Both the position numbers and the translations under genes were made by a program. Below, piece after piece: positions 54,263 to 64,000 of a DNA stretch of 64,000 nt. Source of the stretch: Eledone cirrhosa (lineage: Eukaryota); the NCBI GenBank assembly GCA_964016885.1, contig OZ024744.1, positions 46,438,001 to 46,502,000 of the forward strand, given 5' to 3'. The notes beneath the pieces were generated by a model. The model searched no databases, had not been told where the DNA came from, and saw nothing but the letters and a program-made list of their open reading frames with translations. Numbering within the stretch: position 1 is the first letter of the stretch; every line of letters begins with the position of its first letter.

Positions 54263-55111
54263 GTAATGTTATAGTTTGAACATCATCTATTAAGTTATTC
54301 AGTAATTTATCCATTCTCTCTATATATAAATATATATAATATACGCGAACGACAAAGCATAAATGAATTGAGAGAGAGACTAAGCATAAGAGGAATCAAA
54401 TGGTGTGTGCAGGAGAGGCGGATGCGTTGGTAAGGACATGTGATGCGTATGAAGGATGACAGCAGCATAAAAAGGTGCAGAGCACTAGAAGTTGATGGAA
54501 ACCGCGGAGTGTAGAGACCTAAGATAACCAGGGATGAGGTGATAAAAGCCGACCTTACCCAATTACACCTCTCAAAGACAATGACACACGACCGTGACCT
54601 CTGGCGTCACGCAGTAATACAGAGTACCCGATCTCCCATGGGTACAAGCTGAAACATATAGACAATATGCCCCCACACCCTCCCACTGCAAGGTGGTCGT
54701 GGAGGTGCCACGGCAAAAAAGCACCCAGCCCACACTGTAAAGTGGACGTGTAGGCACCACGAAAAAGCACCCAGCACTCACTGTAAAAAAGGTTGGTGTT
54801 AGGAAGGGCATCCAGTTGTAGAAATCAAACCAAATCAGTTCCTGTATGAGCAAGGCATGGTCAGCCGACCAGACACTGCCCACAACAGGACAACCCGTCT
54901 AACCCATGCTAGCATGGAATAACGGACGTAAAACGGTGATGATGATGATATATATATGCCAGGGACAGAGGGAGTTTGGTCCAGTTGTGTTTGCACCTGT
55001 TGTATATATGTATATATCATAGATAATGAATCTAATAACTGTTTCCTGTATTTGTAATGTTATTTGTATATATACATGTAGGTTTACTATGATTTTGTTT
55101 ATATATTCTAG

Positions 55112-55171
55112 GTGACCATATTACCGTGTCCCCTCCCAGTGCTGCAAGGAAGCCTGAAACTACTCGAAAGA
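55112..55171 (+). CDS. Micro-exon A10 (60 nt): DHITVSPPSAARKPETTRK
   Basis: ttctag|exon|gtaagt. Confidence 0.7.
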
Positions 55172-55881
55172 GTAAGTTATAATTTAAACATCATGTAATA
55201 AGTTATTCAGTAACTTATTTAGGTTTTCAACAGTAAATTTATAACTACTTAATTCAGTCAACAATATCAAACTCTATATTACAAACTCCATAACATAATC
55301 CAGAATAAACATTTTATTGACTTCCTCAAAGACCTTGTAATGATGACAAATGTATAGCTAGACTTATTTAGGGGATTATCAGAGATAGCTGAGAAAGAAT
55401 GACATTACATGTGGTTCAAATGAGAAGATAAATGTTACACTACATTCATGAGGTAGATTGAATTATTTCAGAGATCATTATTCTCTTCTTCATCAAAACT
55501 TTATCCTACAGTTCTTCACAATTTCTTGGCGCCCTTCATTGTTCATACGCTGCATCCTCTTCTCCACTACATCTGCCAGTACCCTAAATATTTGGGTAAA
55601 CCACTATATAAATCTGATCTTCAGGACCAGTAGGAAACTGTAGAATGTTTCTCTCATAATTCAAGACATCCCACATATGACTAGCCACACTTTACTCCTT
55701 TTGGAAGTTTAAGATTTGTGGGAAAAGTAAGCATGTCCTTGAGAGAATAAACCGTATAATTTGATCTAGTTGATTAAATAAATGACAACTCATTCTACCC
55801 TTTCTTCAACTTGACAACAAACCCTTCTCAAGAAAGCCTTCTAGCTTTTATTATTCTGTTCTTCTGTATATTTTTTTCCAT

Positions 55882-55947
55882 GTGTGACTCCTGTAGAGAT
55901 CTTTGTCTCTGAATCAGGCACACACAAAAGAGGTGGATCAAAAGAAA
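55882..55947 (+). pseudogene. Micro-exon B3 (66 nt) with acceptor mutated CAG>CAT
   Basis: tttttttccat|VTPVEIFVSESGTHKRGGSKE|gtaagt. Confidence 0.6.
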
Positions 55948-56152
55948 GTAAGTTGTATTTTAAACCCATTCCTACCAGTTAGTACAGAAAACTATTACAT
56001 GTGTTTCAACATTAATATCAAATTAACGTTATATTGTATATTTGTATACATTCTAAGTTTATGTAATGTGTATGGTGGACCTATTGAATAAAATTGTGTG
56101 TACATTTATAAGTGAAGTGATGTTGGTATTATGTGTATGTTGATGTATACAT

Positions 56153-59100
56153 ATGAGACACCGATGCTCACTACCTCCCAAATAACCGACAGTGACTATA
56201 TAATTATTGCTGACGACCTAAATGATCACGTTGGACAACATTGTGATGACTATGACGGAATCCATCCATGGAGGCTATGGGTTTAGTACTAGAAATGAGG
56301 AAGCCTCCAGAATCCTGGAATTCTGTGACGCAAATAACCTAACTATCTGTAACACTAACTTATAAAAACGAGACAATCACTAGATCACCTACAGATCAGG
56401 GGAACATACCAGCCAGATAGATTATATCATTTCCAGAAGACGTGACAGAGTGTCTGTTGTAAACACTAAATCCCTCCCCCATGAAGAATGCACCTCCCAA
56501 CATAGACTAATAATTAGCGACCTCATAGTCAGGACAAGACGTACTCGACAACAGAAGAGGACTATCCTCAGGAGAAAAATATGGAAGCTAAATGACCCCA
56601 CAGCCAGTAATAAATTTAAAAGCATATTACTTGATGCTTTCGACAGTAAGGAAGAGCAATTAGAGTCGTAACATATAGAGGGACAGTGAGAATTCCTGAA
56701 AGCAAACCTGCTGATGGCGGCAGATGAAATCTGTGGCTGGAGCAGGTCTATAGGCAGGAGAAGAGTAACGTGGTGGTGGCAAAGTAAGGTGAAGGAGTCA
56801 ATTAAGGCCAAAAAGCAGGCTTGGGAAGTATGGCGGGATGGGCGAAGTAGAGAAGACTATCAAGTGGCCCGGAGGTTAGCTAGGAGACAAGGGTACTTCG
56901 CAAGAAGGGAAGCAGAGGAAAGAAATTTCAAGCATGTTCTACAACGCGAAGATCAAAAACTTGAGGTGTTCAGGATTGCCAGACAATGTGTCAAGGAAAA
57001 CCGTGATATTGTCGGGGAGAAGTGTGTCCTTAATGATGATGGTGTACTTGCCATCATTGACGCTGATAAGAAGGTAGCTTGGAAGTGTCACTACGAAAGG
57101 CTACTAAATGAGGAGAATAAATAGGAGAAACATTGATCCAATAGAGGGACCCGCAGTGTTAGTCGAAGGTAGTATAATAAGTAAGGCAATCAAAGATATG
57201 AAGATGGGTAAGGCGGCTGGGCCTTCAGAAATAGTTGCTGAAATGCTGAAAGCTTCTGCTGGAACGGTGGGACACACCATGGTCACCCGGATAGTAAACC
57301 AAGTCATACAGAATGGGGTTGTTCCGAAGGACTGGCGTAGCAGCATCATCATTAACTGCTACAAGGTTAAAGGAGATGCCCTAGATAGGGGTAACTATAG
57401 AGGCATTAAATTAATCGACCAGGTCATGAAGGTCACAGAAAAAGTGATAGCGCAACTAATCAGAGAGCGATTTGATCTAGATGAAATGCAGTTCGGGTTT
57501 GTGACAGGTAAAAGTACAACAGACGCTCTTTTCATTGTACGACAACTACAGGAGAAGTACCTAACTAAAAGTAAACCCCTATACTTAGCTTTTGTCGACT
57601 TGGAGAAAGCCTTTGACAGAGTCCCCCGTTGCATTATCTGGTGGGCTCTTAGAAAACAAGGTGTTGATGAATGGCTTGTGAGAGCTATACAAGCCATGTA
57701 TAAAGAAAAAGTCAGCAAGGTTAGAATTAACAACGAATATAGTGAAGAGTTTAGCGTAAAAGTAGGTGTACATCAGGGCTCCGTTCTTAGCCCCCTACTA
57801 TTTATTATTGCCCTTCAGGCTATAATAGTGGAGTTCAAAACCGGCTGCCCATGGGAACTCCTATACGCAGATGATCTAACGCTCATAGCTGAATCAATGG
57901 CTGAACTAGAGAAGCAATTCCAAACATGGAAGCATGGCCTAGAATCAAAAGGCCTTAAAATTAACCTGTATAAGTCTAAAGTTCTAGGTTGTAGGAAGGA
58001 AAATAGGGCACCGGTCCCATCCGGGAAATGGCCATGCTCAGTGTGTACGAAAGGAGCAGGTAGAAACTCCATTTTATGTCCCAAATGCAAAGTATGGGTG
58101 CATAAAAGATGTAGTGGGATGACAAGTAAGCTAACTAAGAATATAGATTTTATATCTGGCCGGTGTTCTGGTAAAATCAGTAGCAGCAAGTGCCCACAAA
58201 TACTAGCTCATTCCATTGCACAGGTGGTTCTATAGACATAGTGGACGCCCTCCGTTACTTGGGTGACAAAATCAGCAGTCGTGGTGGGTGCTCTGAAAGT
58301 ACAGTAGCTAGAGTCAGAACTGGATGGAAAAAGTTCAGAGAGTTTATACCACGATTAGCCGCTAAAGGGTTCTCACTAAAAATTGAAGGCAGGCTGTATG
58401 ATGCCTGCATACAAACAACAATATTACATGGCAGTGAGACCTGGGCATTGTGTGCAGAGGATATACACAGACTGGAGAGGAACGAGGTTTGCATGCTCCG
58501 CTGGATGTGTAATAGTAATATACGTGAACGGCAAAGCATAAACGAACTAAGGGAATAATTAGATATAAGAGGGATCAGATGTTGTTTACTCGAGAGAAGA
58601 CTACGTTGGTATGGTCACGTGATGCGCATGAAAGACGACAGCTGTATAAAAAAGTGCAGGGCAATAAAAATAGACGGTAGCCACGGAGTAGGCAGACCCA
58701 GAAAAACCTGGGACGACTTGATAAATTCCGACCTCACACACTTACACCTCTCCAAGGCAATGTCAGTGGACCGAGATCTTTGGCGCTACACAGTAATACA
58801 GAAGACCCGCTTTACCTAAGTACAAACTGAAACCTACTACAGTCAGTAGCACCTCTAACAAAAATACACCCCGTTCCACTACCACCACCCCATCCACAAC
58901 ACACCTTTCAGTGTAAAGTTATGTTGGTACCACGACATCCAGGCCGAAACAAATGAGGTCGTGTACGTGTCACGACAAAAAAAACACACAGTCCACGTTG
59001 TAATGTGGCCGTGTAGGTAACACGGTAAAAACTTCCCAGTTCCACACTGTAAACGTAGTTGGTGTTAGGAAGGGCATCCAGCCGTAGAAAACCTATGACA

Positions 59101-59204
59101 GTCCTATGCGAGCAAGACAGCCACTCTTGCCTCAAGTGGGAAAACTCCCGTCCAAACCCATGCAAGCGTGGAAGATGGACGTTAAACGATGATGATGATG
59201 ATGA
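56153..59204 (+). mobile_element. RTE LINE, 5'-truncated, (GAT)n tail, intronic
   Basis: ORF 57108-58235 has RT motifs AFVDLEKAFDRVP, GVHQGSVLSPLLF and LLYADD, plus a Cys-rich WPCSVC segment. Confidence 0.95.
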
Positions 59205-59299
59205 TCAGAGATATATAATGTAATAACTGTTTCCTGTATTTGTAATGTTATTTGTATATATACATGTAGGTTTACTATGATTTTGTTTATATATTCTAG

Positions 59300-59359
59300 G
59301 TGACCATATTACAGTGACCCCTCGCATTGCTTCAATGGAGCTAAAATCAACTAAAAAGG
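59300..59359 (+). CDS. Micro-exon A11 (60 nt): [19 protein letters not shown]
   Basis: ttctag|exon|gtaagt. Confidence 0.7.
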
Positions 59360-59416
59360 GTAAGTTATAATTTGAACATCATCTAATAAGTTATTCTGTA
59401 ATTTATCCTTTCTCTC

Positions 59417-59509
<93 letters not shown>

Positions 59510-59663
59510 TCCGGTGACAGAGGGAGTTTGGTACATTTGTGTTTGGACCTGGTGTATATATGTATATATCAGAGATAATGAATCTAATAACTGTTTCCTG
59601 TATTTGTAATGTTATTTGTATATATACATGTAGGTTTACTATGATTTTGTTTATATATCCTAG

Positions 59664-59723
59664 GTGACCATCATAGAGTGTCCCCTCGCAATGCTTCAAT
59701 GGAGCCAAAATCAACTGAAAAGG
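59664..59723 (+). CDS. Micro-exon A12 (60 nt): DHHRVSPRNASMEPKSTEK
   Basis: tcctag|exon|gtaagt. Confidence 0.7.
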
Positions 59724-59801
59724 GTAAGTTATAATTTGAACATCATCTAATAAGTTATTCTGTAATTTATCCTTTCTCTCTATATATAACTATATGTATA
59801 T

Positions 59802-60150
59802 GGAGGCACATGGCTTAGTGGTTAGAGCATTGGCCTTGCAATCGAAAGGTTGTGAGTTAAATTCTCAGACCGGGTGATGTGTTGTTTCTTTGAGCAAGTC
59901 ACTTTATTTCACATTGCTCCAGTTTACTCAGCTGTAGAAATGAGATGATAGGGACTGCGGTCCCTAGCATTCCACTGCAAAGAGGTCGTGGAGGTGCCAC
60001 GGCATAAAAGCACCCAGCACTCACTGTAAATGGGGTTGTTGTTAGGAAGGGCATCCAGCTATAGAATCAAGCCAGAATCAATTCCCGTCCCACACTTGCA
60101 AGCAGGGAAAAAGCGGATGTAAAATGAAATAATGATGTTGATGAAATGAT
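59802..60150 (+). mobile_element. tRNA-derived SINE with RTE-derived 3' tail (truncated head again at ~62090)
   Basis: A-box TGGCTTAGTGG and degenerate B-box GAGTTAAATTC; 3' part (GTCGTGGAGGTGCCAC...GTTAGGAAGGGCATCCAGC) matches the RTE 3' UTRs in this window. Confidence 0.75.
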
Positions 60151-60151
60151 G

Positions 60152-60199
<48 letters not shown>

Positions 60200-60267
60200 C
60201 GGTGACAGAGGGAGTTTGGTCCATTTATGTTTGGACCTGGTGTATATATGTATATATCAGAGATAAT

Positions 60268-60442
60268 TGTTTCTACTATTGGCACAAGGCCAGCAAATAC
60301 CCAGTGCATTACTGGTACTTTATTTTATCGACCCCGTAAGGATGAAAGGGAAAGTTAACCTCGGCGGGATTTGAACTCAGATCGTAAAGGGACGTCACTA
60401 CGCTGGAAAGCATGTCTGACCCTCTACCGATACTGCCAATTC
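60268..60442 (-). mobile_element. SINE with TSD TCAGAGATAAT
   Basis: Reverse-oriented SINE core; TSD at 60257-60267 and 60443-60453. Confidence 0.8.
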
Positions 60443-60537
60443 TCAGAGATAATGAATCTAATAACTGTTTCCTGTATTTTTAAATTTATTTGTATATATA
60501 CATGGAGGTTTACTATGATTTTGTTTATATATTCTAG

Positions 60538-60597
60538 GTGACCATCTTACAATGTCCCCTCCCAATGCTTCAATGGAGCCAAAATCAACTAAAAAGG
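60538..60597 (+). CDS. Micro-exon A13 (60 nt): DHLTMSPPNASMEPKSTKK
   Basis: ttctag|exon|gtaagt. Confidence 0.7.
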
Positions 60598-60848
60598 GTA
60601 AGTTATAATTTGAACATCATCTAATAAGTTATTCAGTAAGTTATCCTTTCTTTATATATATATAAATATATATATATATAAGCGAGGGACAGAGGAAGTC
60701 TGGTCCAGTTGTGTTTGGACCTGGTGTATATATGTATATATATATGTATATATCAGAGATAATGAATCTAATAACTGTTTCCCTGTATTTGTAATGTTAT
60801 TTCTATATATACATCTAGGTTTACTACGATTTTGATTATATATTCTAG

Positions 60849-60908
60849 ATGACAATATTACAGTGTCCCCTCGCATTGCTTCAATGGAGCCAAGATCAAC
60901 TGAAAAGG
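60849..60908 (+). CDS. Micro-exon A14 (60 nt): DNITVSPRIASMEPRSTEK
   Basis: ttctag|exon|gtgagt. Confidence 0.7.
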
Positions 60909-60996
60909 GTGAGTTATAATTTGAACATCATCTAATAAGTTATTCAGTAATTTATCCTTTCTCTCTATATATAAATATATGTATATATAGATATAG

Positions 60997-61778
60997 AAAT
61001 CACATGAATCAAAGTTCTGTACAAACCATTTATTAGCTTACAATTGTTTCGTCCAAACCGAGGTTTGGAGACTTCGGAGCAATTTTCAATGATTGTTTAC
61101 ATACATGACCTCTTTTACAACACAAGAGACATCCAGAAACATATGTATATATCGATGCACAGTGGGGGGATATCCAATATAATATTTTAGCATAGCAATT
61201 TACATTAAAAAATTAATTAAAATCATTTTAAAAGAAAATTAAAACAAAATTAAAGTTAAAATACAATATCGTCAGTTTACGAAAATAATGCTAGAGGATA
61301 GTTGAAGTAGTTAATGTATGCAATAGTTACACGTGGGGCATGCACGTGTGTCTTATTTATATAAGATTAATGTGCGGCAAGGTGTTATATGCAATACAGG
61401 TACTTTAAGCGGGTAAACAAGAGTATTATGGGGGTTGTACTGGTAAAGTATTTTTTATGTATGATAAAGAAGCCTGTGTGCAGAAAAATATTAAAAATAA
61501 GAAGCAAAATTATGTTATGGTTTTCGTATACACCACCATTTTCACAACCCAGGAAACATAATATATAGATTATATGTCCTTCACATAATTCACGATGATT
61601 CAGAACAGGAAGCTTGATGTATTAGGTTTGATTATCACAGCATGTTGTTCTTTAATCCAATTTTATAGAGCAATAAGGTAGTAATAAATTACTGTCTTTC
61701 ACTGTTTACAGTTTAAAATATATATAACTATAAAAGGTTTTAGTATATACATAACCATAAATAGTATCCTTAATACTA
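60997..61778 (-). mobile_element. Non-coding pLTR-like element with a variant hammerhead motif (61036-61080); internally deleted relative at 22980-23120
   Basis: Minus: GCU-CCGAAGU-CUCCAAAC-CUCG-GUUUGGAC-GAAA-CAAUUG-UA^AGC; both ends are shared with 22980-23120; inserted in (TA)n. Confidence 0.55.
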
Positions 61779-61951
61779 TATATATATATATAGATATTCG
61801 GGGGACAGAGGGAGTTTGGTCCAATTGTGTTTTGACCTGGTGTATATATGTATATATGAGAGATAATGAATATAATAACTGTTTCCTGTATTTGTAATGT
61901 TATTTGTATATATACATGTAGGTTTACTATGATTTTGTTTATATATTCTAG

Positions 61952-62011
61952 GTGACCATATTACAGTGTCCCCTCGCATTGCTTCAATACAGAAAATATC
62001 AACTGAAAAGG
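61952..62011 (+). CDS. Micro-exon A15 (60 nt): DHITVSPRIASIQKISTEK
   Basis: ttctag|exon|gtaagt. Confidence 0.7.
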
Positions 62012-62218
62012 GTAAGTTATAATTTGAACATCATCTAATATGTTATTCTGTAATTTATCCTTTCTCTATATATATAAATATATGTGTATGGAGGCACATG
62101 GCTTAGTGGTTAAAGCATACAGGTAATATATATTTACCTATGCAAATAAGTAATGGTATAAACAAAACATATACTTAGCTATCACATCAGGACGTAAAAT
62201 ATCCACGTATAGATCGTA

Positions 62219-63690
62219 CTATCCGTTAGGGTATAACGTGTGGCTGTAATACAGAAAGGTTTTGTGCAATTTATGTTTACAAGCCGAAATTGCCTCAGAT
62301 TTTTTGTTTAAGATGTGGTCTGTGGCGTAGAGTATTTCCAGGGCCTCAGCGGCGCAGAGGTCACATGGTCTTTTATTTCCGTTATACGATCTAGCCCTAG
62401 CTAGGATCTCCCAGTGTAACTTATATTGGGTGTGGTTGACTTTTAGACTCCAGATATAAGCTGAAAATGACGTCATATTCCTTCTTAGAGGGTAACTAAA
62501 ATAATGATTATGCATGTAAAACGCTGCTTGAATCTATTGGCGGTTAACCCTATATAGGCCCTACGGGACGTGGGTGTTTCAACCTTACATTTGTAGAGAA
62601 TGCTACTAGAGAGGCATTTCCCGGATAAGGGGCAATCAACCCGATTCCTACAATTACAGTTAGTACTAACTACAGGGTTGCACGTGTTCCTACGGCTAGG
62701 TAGTTTAGCTAAATTTGAAGCTGTGATGTTATGTGCAAGTTTAGGAGTCGTAGAGTAAGAAATTTTAATAGTATTTCTATTAAAAATTTTACTATATTTA
62801 TGTGTAGGGGGAAAATGCTTTGTAATAAGGGAAAGAAAGATCTTAGCTAATGTGACCACCTCCATATTATATGGTGGGTTATACCAACAAATGCGACGGG
62901 ATCTATTTCTTCTAGGTCTATTTTCGTACTCTGTATATGCTACCTTATCGACAAATCCACTCCGATCAAGAGCTTCATTGTAATAAGTGGAATGGTCGTT
63001 GAAAATATGCTCGTTAGTAGATAGACGGGAAAGCCTCAACGAAACGTTTCTTACCAGGTTCTTGGTTATGCTGGCAGGATGGTTGGAATGCTTAATTATG
63101 TAATTAAGCGTATTATTCGGCTTTCTATATGGGTAATACAACCCATTCGATAAATTGAGGGTAACGTCGAGGTAATTAACGACCGAGAAATTGGCCTCAA
63201 CCTGTATAGAGAGGTTGAAGCCTTTAAAGAAGGCTGTGAGTTCTTTTCTGAACCTGTCGCAAGCATGAGGTCCGCACTTAGTCATGGTCAAAAGACCATC
63301 ATCACGGTACAAACGACCGCCCGCGTTGGGGAATTCGTCCTTGATAGAGAAAAGAAGGAAAAGGCCGATAAGATCAGTAACCTACGCAGAATCTCTGGCG
63401 CCCATACTCACGTCGAATGGGGTACTATTGGAGTTTTTAATCCAAATAGAGTCGTCGAAATTAATCACCGACTTACGGGCATTGAGGATGACATCAACTT
63501 CGAAATCCTTAACCACTGTGAGTGCTTTAGCGAAATTGATAGCTCTAAGGAGAAGTGGTAAAGTGATGGAGGAATAGTAATTGTTGATGTCGAATTGGAT
63601 AAAACGGCAATGTTCCTTGTTACATATGCCGTTGAACCAATCAATCACCGCGAAAGAATTATTCCACAGTGCAAGAGGGAACAACCTTCT
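62219..63690 (-). mobile_element. Penelope-like element (RT + GIY-YIG), frameshifted and 5'-truncated
   Basis: FIQFDINNYYSSI, FDVSMGARDSA, YRDDGL, VNYLDVTL, WYNPPY, ILYKCKV...YIGLTANRFKQR, CDLCAAE. Confidence 0.92.
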
Positions 63691-64000
63691 AATTTCAGGT
63701 ATAATTCTATAAGGTACGTATATTTGAGTGTATATGTTATGGCGTATAATTTTATATATTCTGGTACATATGGTTTGGTTATGTGTATACGTGAGTTTTG
63801 CATCTGTGTGAGTATGCAGGTTCGTACGTATGTAGGGTGTGTGTATATTTGTACTTCATGTTTTGGTTAACTTACGTCTCCGAACATTTGTGTATTTACA
63901 TGTAGGTATGTGTGTGCGCTTGTTATATACGTATTTATTTATTTATATACGTTTATTTAATTATTTATTTGTATACACGCACGCACACACACACATGTTT

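Noticed and set aside
59802-59875. tRNA gene
   Set aside because: SINE head with a degenerate B box that runs into a SINE body and RTE tail.

Overview
AT-rich, microsatellite-dense animal genomic DNA. The SINE and RTE repertoire looks like an octopod cephalopod; this is inference from recalled repeat families, not a database result. Most of the window is decayed mobile DNA: Gypsy LTR, hAT/Charlie, Helitron, CRE-like and R4/Dong RLE LINEs, RTE LINEs, Penelope-like elements (PLE) and SINEs. Two things are invisible to the ORF track. (1) A plus-strand host gene: a phase-1 first exon (29349-29568, with an in-frame TGA) followed by at least 18 tandemly duplicated phase-1 micro-exons (15 A-type of ~60 nt, 3 B-type of ~66 nt, 40727-62011). 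They encode S/T-P-containing 20-22 aa repeats and could be spliced combinatorially. (2) About a dozen type I hammerhead-ribozyme (HHR) motifs from apparently unrelated families, sitting in tandem arrays and fold-back palindromes, mostly within (TA)n tracts. These include a 3 x 522-bp non-coding retrozyme-like array with a well-formed HHR, and a 1004-bp tandem with a branched stem II. The Gypsy element also has an unusually long (39 nt) tRNA-Trp-complementary primer binding site. All folds were done by hand and need computational and experimental confirmation.
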